NCBI RefSeq assembly: GCF_044704955.1
Contig: NC_091996.1
Coordinates: 30,504,001 to 30,568,000, forward strand
DNA length: 64,000 nt
Direction: 5' to 3'
From: Pristiophorus japonicus
Taxonomy: Eukaryota
The notes under the pieces are model-generated. The model was given only the letters and a program-made list of their open reading frames with translations. It was not told the origin of the DNA and ran no database searches. Numbering within the stretch: the first letter of the stretch is position 1; each line of letters begins with the position of its first letter. The position numbers were made by a program, and so were the translations under genes. Below, piece after piece: positions 25,711 through 39,020 of this stretch.

Positions 25711-25986
25711 AAGCCATTTAGGACCGAGATGAGGAGAAACTTCTTCACTCAGAGAATTGTGAACCTGTGGAATTCTCTACCACAGAAAGTTGTTGAGGCC
25801 AGTTCATTAGATATATTCAAAAGGGAGTTAGATGTGGCCCTTACGGCTAAAGGGATCAAGGGGTATGGAGAGAAAGCAGGAATGGGATACTGAAGTTGCA
25901 TGATCAGCCATGATCATATTGAATGGTGGTGCAGGCTCGAAGGGCCGAATGGCCTACTCCTGCACCTATTTTCTATATTTCTGTTT
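25711..25986 (+). mobile_element. CR1 (family A) 3' fragment
   Basis: Family A body and tail. Confidence 0.9.
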
Positions 25987-26906
25987 CGAAGAGAAAGTTT
26001 TGCATAACAACTCTCTGCCCCTTAAAGGCAATTAGCAAGATGCCAGAATATTTATTCATGTCAACTATTGAACCCTTGGCCTCATGCACTCGGTGGATAC
26101 AATACCCCCTACGCCCCACCCCACCCCCATCTTGAACCTCAACAACACAGGAACCTTCATGTTGTGGAGTATTTGATCATTTGACTTGTACCTCATAACC
26201 TGCAATCCCGTTCCTATAAATCCATCTGCTTTCTAAAGAAAGTAATCAATATGTCAACAACATTCCTCCTATGTCATATTGACAAAGTAACTAAGGACAG
26301 CACTACTGTAGGGACAGCATGCAATAATGGAAAGCTGGTGATCAGTGTCTAACTAGTTTTAGGATTCTACATCTAACAGTGGTCCAACCATTTGTCTAAA
26401 ATTCATGAGCAGTCAATGCCCTACTGTTATATACCTTAGAGGAAATATTAACAACTTGCTCTTTGGGTTTGCTGATGCTACCCCACAGGCCGAATCTGTG
26501 GGGTCCATGAGGGTGGGAATTGTCTGGTGTTTGCTATACACCGCTGCAGACAGCATACATCCAGGCACAAGTCACTCATGTTCGGGAATGGTTCTTTCCC
26601 AAACTTCTTTTTTTCTCGTATTAAAAGGTTTCTTTTAAGGGAAGCTTATCAAATAATCAGTACAATTTATTATTTTCTCAGGAATATAATACCTGTTCAA
26701 TTCTATGGCTTTTGGATCAGTTTCAGAGTTTCTTGGAATTGATATCCACTTTGTTTTCTCAATGGTGTTCTGTAACTAGTGTATGACAAAGAACATAGAA
26801 ACTGCCATGTGAGGTATCTCACTGAGTTCTTTCTCTGATTAGATGAAAAATATATCTTTTAAAACAAACGGCTGACTAAAGAAAGTTTGGCTCTTAATGT
26901 CAGGGT

Positions 26907-27328
26907 CAACCGTGGCTCAGTGGGCAGCACCCTCGCCCCTGAGTCAGAAGGTTGTGGGTTCAAATCCCACTCCAGGGACTTGAGTACAAAATCTAGGCTG
27001 ACACTCAGTGCAGTACTGAGGGAGTGCTGCACTGTTGGAGGTGCCGTCTTTCAGATGAGATCCGAGGCCCTGTCTGCTCTCTCAGGTAGTTGTAAAAGAT
27101 CCCATGGGAATATTTCGAAGAAGAGCAGGGAAGTTATCCCTGGTGTCCTGGCCAATGTTTATTCCTCAATCAACATAACAAAAACAGATTATCACATTGC
27201 TGTTTGGGGCAGTTTGCTGTGTGTGTTTCCCACATTACAACAGTGACTACACTTCAAAAGTACATTATTGGCTGTAAAGCACTTTGAGGTGGTTGTGAAT
27301 GGCTCTATATAAATGCAAGTCTTTCTTA
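26907..27328 (+). mobile_element. Deu-SINE (SacSINE1-like)
   Basis: A/B boxes and body match 488-937. Confidence 0.82.
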
Positions 27329-28754
27329 ATATTGTTATGCTAAAACTCAAGGCAAACTATATTAGAATAATCTTTCGATGAGTAGTCTGCCACTTTATGA
27401 ATCTATTTTAAACCGACAGTAAAGTTTATTTGTGATCAGGTCATTTAGAGTCCGTTGAGCTGGTAGAGCTTGATGACCAATGACGGTTCCAGTTACAGTC
27501 AAGGTAATACTGGCTTTACAACGCCAGGCATCAAGTATGTATTATTGGCAATAACATTAATGTTCTATTTTTGATAATATATTTAACGCATGAAGTTTCA
27601 AAATGGATAAAGAAAAGTTTTGAGATGCAAGTTATTGGTCGGATCTAGAATCCCCAAGCTCTAATGAACGGTTTTAATGCAGAGTGTATTTTTACTAAAT
27701 TGTTTCCTAAATACATAAAGATTAATTTGAAACATTGACTACACCAATATTTCATTCGAGCATAAATAAATCATTTTAACATTACTACAAAACCATTGCC
27801 AAACAAGATTTTTGAAATCTCATTAACAAATCATATTTGACAGCTTCCTTGATGAATGTGAAAAGCTGAACTTGAAGTACATAATCACGTGATTTTATAT
27901 ATCCTGTTCCTCTTTAATTGTAATACATTAATGATTTTAGGTATAGTTATTTTGTTGTATGACTCTCATATGGTCTTACTTTAACAATGTGCATTTTATG
28001 AACAGAGAGCACTATTAGCTATTAATAAGTCACAAAGCAAGGAAGGCAAATGTGACCACACATAGACTGTGTTCAATCAGGGTAAATGCCATAGGCATGA
28101 GCCCTTATTTAGCAGCCTATTTAAACAATATCTTTCTTTCTGTGCCTGTGTAACACAATTATCATCAATTCATACTCAATAAGTCATTAAAATGTGCATT
28201 GCTTTCGGTTCACTCAGTCCATTTTATTTTCAATGTCCAAAAAAATATCTGTGGTAACAGGGATGCTGTTAATGAATCGATGAAGAAAAGAACAACGCTC
28301 AGTATGTTATTAGTTTTATATAATAAGTTCTTTAACGAGAATACACATACAGGAAGGAGTGAGGCAGTTGGCCCGATCACAGTTTCGAAGGAGGGCTGTA
28401 ATTAACAACACTCCTCCGCAGTTCCCGGCTGCATTCAAGTCCAATTGATGATTTTCTTTTGGTTTTACAGTTAAAACAGTGAGCATTCATTTGTGTTTTC
28501 CGTTTGAAGACCATCAAACATAACTGAAAAGGTGTTTAAAATGCAATAGAAGGGCATTGGACATTCATCCAGGGATCACAAGTTCAAATCTGGTCTCTCT
28601 TTCACAATTTGTTGGTTCTTGATCAGGTGTCTAGATGGCTTGTAGTGACAGAGCATTTCATCTTGGGGAAGTGGGAAGTAAAAAATGAAGATAAACTGGT
28701 ACAGAGACCTGCAAATCGCGCCTTCTGTCAACTGATTGAAAGCAGCGTTGAATG

Positions 28755-29175
28755 AAAGAAAGGAACTTGCATTTATATAGCGCATTTCAGGATGTCCCAA
28801 GACACTTTACAGCCAATTAATTACTTTTGAAGTGTAGTCACTGTTGGAGGAAATGGGGCAGCCAATTTGCACACAGCAAGCTTCCACAGACAGCAATTAA
28901 ATAAATTACCGCAATGATCTGTTTTAAGTGTTGGTAGAGGGATCATTTTTGGCCAGGACACTGGGAAAACTCCCCTGCTCTTCTCTGAATAGTGCTGTGG
29001 GATCTACCTAAGAGGGCAGACTTGGCTTAATGTCTCATCCAAAAGATGAAACCTCCGACAATGCAGCACTCCCTCAGTACTGCACTGAAGTGTGAGCCTA
29101 GATTACATGCTCAAGTCTTTGGAGTGGGGCTTGAACCCACAACCTTCTGATTCTGAGGCGAAAGTGCTACCATTG
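28755..29175 (-). mobile_element. Deu-SINE (SacSINE1-like), older copy
   Basis: Reverse-complement match to 488-937. Confidence 0.78.
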
Positions 29176-29943
29176 ATGGAGAAGTCTCCTGACCAGATCA
29201 AATGAAGAATTACAGTATCGATATGGGAAATCAGAGATAGGACAGGAACTCAAAATATGTATAAAAGATACAAATGAAAATATCATGAAGTTTTTTTGTT
29301 GTCTGTTTTATCTGCCTCGTTCTAAATTATGGTCAGGTCAACACTTCCTGTCTCCTTCCTATTTTACTTTGGGTCTAATTAAAGAAGGTACATAAACCTA
29401 ATAACATTTTAGGGTTTTAATTCTGCCACAGTTCTATTTTCCATTAATTCAGTAATGGCATCTTACAAGAAGTTCGAGGGGATTTTACTTCGGCACATTG
29501 TCGGAAGTAACATCTCATGTCAATTACACCAAGCAATCTTGAATTTGGAACTCGTGAGGAAATCTATTGATAATTTATCATTTGGATTTTATTGCAAAAG
29601 TATAACTACAATACTCCCATTTTCTACCATGTCCCTTAAACCATTGGTATTTACACTCAATGACGCATCGGAAGAGCTGTACTTCAAACACACTTCGAAG
29701 ATTTCCATGGATACACTAGGCTAACTTTATCGGCTCAATTTTCCCCAAAGATTTTTTGGGGCGTACTTGAAGAGTTACACCCGTTTTTTGGGGGCCTAAT
29801 ACGCCCCCAAAAAATTCTAAGTTTCCCGTTGGATTTCTTCATTTTGGCGTGGCCTAACCTGTCCTTTAGTTTTGGGGGTGGAGCCTTGATCTGCACCAAA
29901 AAGATCAAGCTGCTGTGGTAACTAGGGACACAATGCGAGCTGA

Positions 29944-30606
29944 NNNNNNNNNNNNNNNNNNNNNNNNNNNNNNNNNNNNNNNNNNNNNNNNNNNNNNNNN
30001 NNNNNNNNNNNNNNNNNNNNNNNNNNNNNNNNNNNNNNNNNNNNNNNNNNNNNNNNNNNNNNNNNNNNNNNNNNNNNNNNNNNNNNNNNNNNNNNNNNNN
30101 NNNNNNNNNNNNNNNNNNNNNNNNNNNNNNNNNNNNNNNNNNNNNNNNNNNNNNNNNNNNNNNNNNNNNNNNNNNNNNNNNNNNNNNNNNNNNNNNNNNN
30201 NNNNNNNNNNNNNNNNNNNNNNNNNNNNNNNNNNNNNNNNNNNNNNNNNNNNNNNNNNNNNNNNNNNNNNNNNNNNNNNNNNNNNNNNNNNNNNNNNNNN
30301 NNNNNNNNNNNNNNNNNNNNNNNNNNNNNNNNNNNNNNNNNNNNNNNNNNNNNNNNNNNNNNNNNNNNNNNNNNNNNNNNNNNNNNNNNNNNNNNNNNNN
30401 NNNNNNNNNNNNNNNNNNNNNNNNNNNNNNNNNNNNNNNNNNNNNNNNNNNNNNNNNNNNNNNNNNNNNNNNNNNNNNNNNNNNNNNNNNNNNNNNNNNN
30501 NNNNNNNNNNNNNNNNNNNNNNNNNNNNNNNNNNNNNNNNNNNNNNNNNNNNNNNNNNNNNNNNNNNNNNNNNNNNNNNNNNNNNNNNNNNNNNNNNNNN
30601 NNNNNN
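29944..30606. other. Assembly gap or masked run (663 N)
   Basis: N run; right flank is TC/TG simple repeat. Confidence 0.99.
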
Positions 30607-30845
30607 GTCTCTGTCTCTGTGTGTGTGTCCGGGCATCTGCTGCACTTACCTGCGCCGATTTCCTTAACTCTCCAGAAGGTTTTTCTGCAGAGGCCACATG
30701 CGCTGGCCTAAGCAGAACTGGAGTAACTCTCAGCTGGTCAAACTTGCCTAAATGGCCAGAATTGGTGCAGGTGGCAGGTCACGCCCCCTTTGGCTAAAAA
30801 AAAAACTAACCTAAAAAAATCGTAACTAACTGAGTTACGCTGGTG

Positions 30846-31432
30846 TTTTTGGAGGGAGCAGCGTGCAGCGGCCCGGCCCGGAAATCGGCACAGTCCCGGC
30901 CTGCAGGACCATCAGCAGGCCGGGGCCATTGGAGGGAGCAGCGTGCAGCGGTGTACCACTGCAGGGAGCAGCGCGTGCTGCTGCAGGAGGGCGACGGCTA
31001 TGAAGCCAGGTCGCTGATTGCAGTGCGGGCAGAGACAGCAGGAGGGGCGAAGGAGCGGCAAAGGTCCGGAGAGGGAAGTGACCGGGGCCCAGGAGAGTAG
31101 TGAGTTTGGAGCCCAGAAGAGGCGAGGGCCCAGGGGCAGCATGGCCCAGCCCACACTGCGATATGTGCGCGCACTCGGTCCGTGCAGCAGAGCTGGTCTC
31201 CAGTTGTCTTGGTTAACCCTTGCCACTGGACCAAGACCTAGCTCTGTCAAGCCCGTGTGGTGGCTGGTGTGCAACGGCCACCACACGTTAAAGAAATCCA
31301 CGCACAGGCATCTTCCACCCTTCAGGATGTAGTTCGGGATCTGGAATATTGGGTCCTTCATTGAAACACCTGTGAACTCATCCCTTTTTGGCGTGGAAGC
31401 AAATCATCCTTGCTTCGAGGGTGATGATGATG
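30846..31432 (+). mobile_element. Bipartite non-autonomous RTE-derived element, longest copy
   Basis: GC-rich head with repeated GGAGGGAGCAGCGTGCAGCGG; relic M*FGIWNIGSF at 31328; RTE tail (GAT)n. Confidence 0.85.
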
Positions 31433-32252
31433 AATTGATTGGAGAAACTGTGGTTCTTTAACAGGTCAAAAAAAACAGCGCAAATCACTGGGGAAAAGTG
31501 AGCCCATAGTCCTTAGCCAGTGTTGTCATTGTCCTGATATTGCAACTTTCACTTAATATTTAGAAATTTAACGTTTTGAGGTCTTAAGTGAACGTAGGAA
31601 TAGCTTGCATGGTCTTCAATGGGGAGAAATGCTGTCTCAGTGAATGTGTCTGTTCAAGCCTTGAATTTACAACTATGTGAATGTTTGATGTATTATAAAT
31701 GGAAGACCCAAAATGTAATTTGTGTGCTGTTTTGAGTCTTTCCTTCAACTGTGTAAGTCGAGACCCTAAACAGATAACAAGGCTTAGAATTACTGTTACT
31801 ATGTGCTGCCGTGCGGCAGGCACGTATAAATACATTCCTGGTGATACTTGTGCCACTCACAAGCCGAAAGCCATTTCTATTTTTCTTTTCAATAAAGCTC
31901 TAATTTGTTTTATAACAGCCCCCAAAATGCATTAATCAGTTTGCTCAATCATACCGCAACAGCAGATGTCTAAGGTTAGCTGCTCATTATATTTAACAAC
32001 GATGTAATTAGAAATTCTGGACGTGCTTGTGCAGATATACAGAGGTGCCTCAAACACACTGCGAGATCAGAACTGATGCTGCGCCTGTTCAGTGAAAATC
32101 ATTGCAGGGCTGATTGTCATTCTCCCAATGAAATAGTAATTAACTCTAATTACTAAAAAGAAAATGACAATGTAGGTTTTAATGCGCAGATAAATTATTA
32201 TTAGTTTATTTGATTTGCCAAGTACTAATCTGCTTTTGTATGGCTAGTTAAC

Positions 32253-33262
32253 ACAATAGAAACACAGAAACATAGAAAATAGGTGCAGGAGTAGGCCATT
32301 CGGCCCTTCGAGCCTGCACCACCATCCAATATGATCATGGCTGATCATGCAACTTCAGTACCCCATTCCTGCTTTCTCTCCATACCCCCGTAAGGGTCAC
32401 ATCTAATTCCCTTTTGGATATATCTAATGAACTAGCCTCAACAACTTTCTGTGGAAGAGAATTCCACAGGTTAACAACTCTCTGAGTGAAGAAGTTTCTC
32501 CTCATCTCGGTCCTAAATGGCTTACCCCTTATCCTTAGACTATGTCCCCTGGTTCTGGACTTCCCCAACATCGGGAACATTCTTCCTGCATCTAACCTGT
32601 CCAATCCGGTCAGAATTTTATATGTTTCTATGAGATCCCCTCTCATTCTTCTAATTCCAGTGAATATAAGCCTAGTTGATCCAGTCTTTCTTCATATGTC
32701 AGTCCTGTCATTCCGGGAATCAGTCTGGTGAACCTTCGCTGCACTCCCTCAATAGCAAGAACGTCCTTCCTCAGATTAGGAGACCAAAACTGTACACAAT
32801 ATTCAAGGTGTGGCCTCACCAAGGTCCTGTACAACTGCAGTAAGCCCTCCCTGCTCCAATACTCAAATCCTCTCGCTATGAAGGCCAACATGCCACTTGC
32901 CTTCTTCACCGCCTGCTGTACCTGTATGCCAACTTTCAATGACTGATGCACCATGACACCCAGTTCTCGTTGCACCTCCCCTTTTACTAATCTGTCACCA
33001 TTCAGATAATAATCTGCCTTCTTGTTTTTACCACCAAAGTGGATAGCCTCACATTTATCTATATTATACTGCATCTGCCATGTTTTTGCCCATTCACCTA
33101 ACCTGTCCAAGTCACCCTGCAGCCTCTTAGCATCCTCCTCACAGCTCACACTACCACCCAGCTTAGTGTCATCTGCAAATTTGGAGATATTACATTCAAT
33201 TCCTTCATCTAAATCATTAATGTATATTGTAAATAGCTGGGGTCCCAGCACTGAACCTTGCA
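32253..33262 (-). mobile_element. CR1 (family A) LINE fragment
   Basis: ORFs 32643..33269 ([15 protein letters not shown]) and 32335..32646. Confidence 0.95.
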
Positions 33263-34099
33263 TGAACAAGTGGACCGAAACACTACCTGCAATTGGAATT
33301 GAATCCTAGGCTCGGGCCAGATGGTATAGGTCACCTCTCACTGGCAGTCACTGAAGGAACTTTGGGGGTGAGCTTTCTCCTGCCAGTTGTATTACCAAGA
33401 ACGTTACCATGAGTACAAAAGGGGGAAACCTGTGTATTACTGACATCAACTTTGCCAGTAAATTATCGACAGGAGGAATTTCACCCCAGTGCAGATAAAT
33501 CCTTCTCCTGGTCTCTACAATGCTGCACTGAAAGTGCAGCAAAAGACAGGGCCAATTTTCCAAATGCAAACAGTAAATTGTGTGGCATGTCCTGCAATTT
33601 CCTGATGTGTTCTTAAGAGGCGAGGCTCCAGACTGAGAGTCTGTGTTTGAAAAATGGGCCCATACATTGTCCTTCAGAGGAATTTGTGTCATTTCATTAT
33701 TGTTTTAATCTTTAATTGAAGTTTAGTTTTATAACTGACCCCTGTCGATGCTGAAAGGTCCTGAGGTTCAGCTGCCATGTGAGGCAGGAAAAGTCCAATG
33801 TAAAAAGCCTAATTTGTTCTTCCGGAACCGAATAGATTATTTTTCAAAGTTATGTGTCATTTGCTTTGTTAACTTTCTCTCTTTCTTCTTCTTCTTTCAG
33901 AAGCAACCAACTGCTCCTCTTCCCCACCCCCCACCCAAGTTGTGTGAGGACATAGTGACATAGTCTGTATACCGGCAGGATATAGAGGCACAGAATCATC
34001 AACACTGTGGAAAACATGCCTCTCAATCATCTAAAGACTTGAAATGCTTGTAATCTTTTAAAATCAAGACAACAGGATGCTCTGGTTACCTGACCTCTG

Positions 34100-34510
34100 T
34101 GTCAGCATGGCTCACACTTTCACTTCTGAGTCAGAAGGTTGTGGGTTCAAGTTCCTTTCCAGCGATTTGAGCACGTAATCTGCCCTGACTCTTGAGTGCA
34201 GTACCGAGGGAGTGTTGCCTTGTCAGAGATGCCACCTTTTGAATGGGAAGTTGAACGGAGGCTCTATCTCTCTGTTCAGGTGAATGTCAAAGATGCTAAT
34301 GAATTATCTGAAGATGAGCAGGGGAGTTCCCTGATGTTCTGACCAACACTTACTCAACCATCACCATCAAAACAAATTATCTGGTCATTTATCTCATAGC
34401 TGTTTGTGATACCTCATTGTGTGCAAATTAGCGGCCACATTTGCTTCTGTAACAACACTTCAAAAATAATTAATTGGCTATGAAGCACGTTGGGATGTCT
34501 TGAGAGCATG
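34100..34510 (+). mobile_element. Deu-SINE, old degenerate copy
   Basis: CTGAGTCAGAAGGTTGTGGGTTCAAG head and body similarity to 488-937. Confidence 0.72.
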
Positions 34511-36097
34511 AAAGAAAGACTTGGATTTATATAGCGCCTTTCACGACCACCGGATGCCTCAAAGCGCTTTACAGCCAATGAAGTACTTTTTGGAGTGCAG
34601 TCACTGTTGTAATTCACGGGGTTGGGGGTAATGTATTAGCATGGATAGAGGATTGGCTAACTAACAGAAAACAGAGAGTTGGGATAAATGGTTCATTCTC
34701 TGGTTGGCAACCAGTAACTAGTGGGGTGCCGCAGGGATCAGTGCTGGGACCTCAACTAGTTAAAATCTATATTAACGACTTGGAAGAAGGGACTGAGTGT
34801 AACGTAGCCAAGTTTGCTGACGATACAAAGATGGAAGGAAAAGCATGTGTGAGGAGGACACAAAAAATCTGCAAAACGGACATAGACAAGCTAAGTGAGT
34901 GGGCAAAAATTTGGCAGATGGAGTATAATGTTGGAAAGTGTGAGGTCATGCACTTCGGCAGAAAAAAATCAAAGAGCAAGTTGTTATTTAAATGGAGAAA
35001 GTTTGCAAAATGCCGCAGTACAGTGGGACCTGTGGGTACTTGTGCATGAAACACAAAAGGATAGTATACGGGTACAGCAAGTGATCAGGAAGGCCAATGG
35101 AATCTTGGCCTTTATTGCAAAGGGGATGGAGTATAAAAGCGGGGAAGTCTTGCTACAGCTATACAGGGTATTGGTGAGGCCGCACCTGGACTACTGCATG
35201 CAGTTTTGGTTTCCATATTTACAAAAGGGTATACTTGCTTTGGAGGCAGTTCAAAGAATGTTCACTAGGTTGATTCCGGGGATTAGGGGTTGACTTATAA
35301 GGAAAGGTTGAGTAGGTTGAGCCTCTACTCTTTGGAATTCAGAAGAATGAGAGGTGATCTTATTGAAATGTATAAAATTATGAAGGGGCTTGACAAGGTG
35401 GATGCAGAGAGGATGTTTCCACTGATGGGGGAGACTAGAACTAGAGGGCATGATCTTAGAATAAGGGGCCGCCCCATTTAAAACAGAAATGAGGAGGAAT
35501 TTCTTCTCTCAGAGGTTTGTAAATCTGTGGAATGTGCTGCCTCAGAGAGCTGTGGAAGCTAGGACATTGAATAAATTTAAGACAGAAATAGACAGTTTCT
35601 TAAACAATAAGGGAATAAGGGGTTATGGGGAGTGGGCTGAGTCCATGATCAGATCAGCCATGATCTTATTGAATGGTGGAGCAGACTCAAGGGGCCGTAT
35701 GGGCTACTCCTGTTCCTATTTCTTATATTCTTATGAAATGTGGGCAACGTGGCGGCCAATTTGCGCACAAGCAAGCTCTCACAAACAGCAATGTGATAAT
35801 GACAAGATCATCTGGATTTTTTTTGTCGATTGAGGGCTAAATATTGTCCAGGACACTGAGGATAACTCACTTGCGTTTCTTCGAAATAGTGCCATGGGAT
35901 CTTTTACGTCCACTTGAGAGAGCAGACGGGACTTTGGTTTAACGTCTCATCCGAAAGACGGCACCTCCGACAGTGCAGCGCTCCCGCAGCACTGCACTGG
36001 AGTGTCAGCCTAGATTTTTTGTGCTCAAGTCCCGAGAGTGGGACTCAAAACCACAACCTTCAGACTCAGAGACAAGTGTACTACCCACTGAGCCACA
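34511..36097 (-). mobile_element. Deu-SINE split by a CR1 insertion (pieces 34511-34613 and 35737-36097)
   Basis: The pieces rejoin at TGTAAT/AATGTGGG to give a full SINE. Confidence 0.82.
34614..35736 (+). mobile_element. CR1 (family B) LINE, frameshifted
   Basis: ORFs 34726..35049 ([16 protein letters not shown]), 34895..35293, 35290..35481 and 35489..35833. Confidence 0.95.
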
Positions 36098-36464
36098 ACT
36101 TCCCCATTGGCTAAATCAAAACAGTAACAAGTACCAACACATAAAGACGAATTTGAATGTCCCTGATCATTCAATACTAAGATTTCAGCTTGCACTATTT
36201 GAGTCAGGAAACAGTGCTGAAATTACCAGTCTGCTACCAGTCTGATGTTCAATCCTCCGAGCACTGAATGTCCGTTTGCAGCATTCAAAATATGCAGACA
36301 TTTTCTATCATTTAGCATCTGTAAAAATATTATTCTGCAAATTTCTTGCACTGTATATTGCAAAGTGGAGCTGGCGTATTGTGCAGAACTGTATGGACAT
36401 TTCTAAGTGTTTAACATTTGAATAAACTGCAACTAATGTAAATTATTATATATGTTTTATTAAT

Positions 36465-36900
36465 AATAACTTTTATTTATATAGCGCCTTTAACGAAGTA
36501 AAACATTCCAAGGCGCTTCACAACTGTGTTACAGACAAACATTTGACACCGAGCCACAGAAGAAATTAAGACAGATGATCAAAAGCTTGTTTAAAGAGGT
36601 AGGTTTTAACGAGCGTTTTGAGGAGGAAAGAGAGGTAGAGAGGCGGAGAGGTTTAGGGAGGGAGTTCCAGAGCTTAGGGCCCAGGCAGCTGAAGGCACGG
36701 CCACCGATGGTTGAGCAGTTATAAGGAGGGATGTTCAAGAGGCCAGAATTTGAGGAGTGCAGACATCTTGTGGGGTTGTGAGACTGAAAAAGATTACAGA
36801 GATAGGGAGGGACAAGTCCAAGGAGTGATTTGTAAACAAGGATGAGAATTTTGAAATTGAAGCTTTGTTTAACTAGGAGCCACTGTAGGTCAGAATGCAC
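36465..36900 (-). mobile_element. L2-clade LINE 3' fragment
   Basis: ORF 36529..36900 DLQWLLVKQ..FKILILVYKSL..GGRAFSCLGPKLWNSLP. Confidence 0.85.
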
Positions 36901-37739
36901 AGTTTTACAGAATTCAAAGCTATCCTAGTCTTGAAAAGATTACAATCTACTCCTCAATTCAAAATTACCTATTCAAATCTACATTACTTAACTAAAATGT
37001 TGGATAGTTTGATAAAAGACTTGGAATTATGAGGAGCAGACAGTAATCGTGTAACTTATAGGAAGCTTTAATCAGTGTACTGTCGAATCAACTAAAAATA
37101 TGAGGATATTCTTTACTGGTTCAATAGGACTTATAGAGCTGATCCAAAATTGACACTGGAAAATGGAAACGCTCCCTTGTAAAAGTTACACAGGAAACAA
37201 TTGTGGCAGTCTTGTTCGAAATGAACATAAGTGCACAGCACACAGAACTCAACTTCCTGATCATAATTTAACAGTTGGATCTGTGCTCAAAATTATGTTA
37301 TTTCCTGGTGCAGCTACAAAGGATTATTTTTTTAATGTGCCGTCCAGGCAGTGCAGAGAAGGTTTGCATTTCTCTCCCCAAAATATCCCACGGTATCCTG
37401 TGGGATGCTGTAAGAGCTGTTGTGCAGAATGTAATCTCCTCCAAGACATTGTCCAGAAGTCGCATTTAAAGCTACTCTGCCTCGTAATCAAACATTTGGC
37501 ATTTTCTAGTCATTATCTAAACTAGCTTGCTTGCTGAAAATTAATATAAATGGTTCCATAGCCATGCAATCCTCACAAAAAAACATATTCCGGCCAATGT
37601 CCTGGAATTTGTAAATTATTACCAAGCCTTAACTTTGCTCATTACCCATATAGTTGTGATGCAGCAGCCCTATTTTTTGGAAATCAGTTATATACAACTT
37701 TGTGCCTATCTCATTCTGCTGCCTTTAACACAGTAGAAA

Positions 37740-38091
37740 TCGTGGCGGAGGTGCGGCGAATGAGGGTACGGGCCCCAGAAGAGGCGAGGGCCCAAGGGCA
37801 GCAGGGGCCAGCCCACACTGCGAAGTGTGTACGCACTAGGTCCATGCAGCAGAGCAGGTCTCCAGTCGTCCTGGTTCAATCCTTGCCACTGGATAACGGC
37901 CTAGCTCTGTCAAACCCGTGTGGTGGCTGGTGTGCAACGGTCACCACACATTAAAAAAATTCACGCACAGGCATCTTCCACCCCCTTCAATTGGAGTTCA
38001 GGACTGGAACATCAGGTCCTTCATTGAAACATCTGTGAACTCTTGTGGAAGCAAATCATCCTCGTTCGAGGGACCGCCTATGATGATGATG
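37740..38091 (+). mobile_element. Bipartite non-autonomous RTE-derived element
   Basis: Body and (ATG)n tail match the other copies. Confidence 0.85.
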
Positions 38092-38602
38092 TAAACTTAC
38101 AGGAATATTCCAAGATAAGGTTTCCTGGAACAGTCTTAACCAAACGTTTTCTTTAAAAAAAGACCTGATTGGAGCTGCCATTTTCACACCAGTCCTGTGG
38201 GGTGACATTTCAGCATCAAACCCAATGGTCTCAGCACCCTGTTAACTCGTCTGTCTCCTGCACATTATAAATCAGTGGAGCATCCCACGGTGAACGAAAG
38301 ATGCCTAGGCACTGCCAGTTTTGAAAAAACATTTTCTTCCCCGCTTTTTGTTTTAGAAACTTTCCAACAGAATTTTTGTAGAATGCCCAAGGTAGACATT
38401 CCTTCCATGACTTTTCAATCCAAGAAAAATGGCTCCGCCCTAAGTCTCGGTTAGTGCTCTCAGCCGGCGTAGGACGGGGAATTGGGAGGACAATAATAGC
38501 TCAATAACTTCGACAAAATCAATTCAAAAATGTTTTTTTCTCCGCTGTATACTGCCCCTGCCACACTCGCCAACTCTGGCTGAGAGGAAAAACCTGCTTC
38601 CG

Positions 38603-39020
38603 GCCTACACTCACTGGAATTTAGAAGAATGAGACGGGATCTCATAGAAACATATAAAAATCTGACTGGACTGGACAGGTTAGATGCAGGAAGAATGTTC
38701 CCGATGTTGGGGAAGTCCAGAACCAGGGGTCACAGTCTAAGGATAAGGGGTAAGCCATTTAGAACTGAGATGAGGAGAAACTTCTTCACTCAGAGAATTG
38801 TGAACCTGTGGAATTCACTACCACAGAAAGTTGTTGAGGCCAGTTCGTCAAATATATTCAAAAGGGAGTTAGATGTGGCCCTTATGGCTAAAGGGATCAG
38901 GGGGTATGGAGAGAAAACAGGAATGGGGTACTGAAGTTGCATGATCAGCCATGATCACATTGAATGGTGGTGCAGGCTCGAAGGGCCGAATGGCCTGCAC
39001 CTATTTTCTATGTTTCTATG
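38603..39020 (+). mobile_element. CR1 (family A) 3' fragment
   Basis: ORF 38629..38934 and octamer tail. Confidence 0.92.

Larger units (their letters stand above)
29731..31505. mobile_element. Non-autonomous TIR element (Harbinger-like) spanning the assembly gap
   Basis: Left end GGCTCAATTTTCCCCA and right end TGGGGAAAAGTGAGCC form a 15/16 inverted match; CpG-rich interior; TSD not clean. Confidence 0.7.

Noticed and set aside
29735-30697. 246-320 aa ORFs
   Set aside because: They are artefacts of the N gap.
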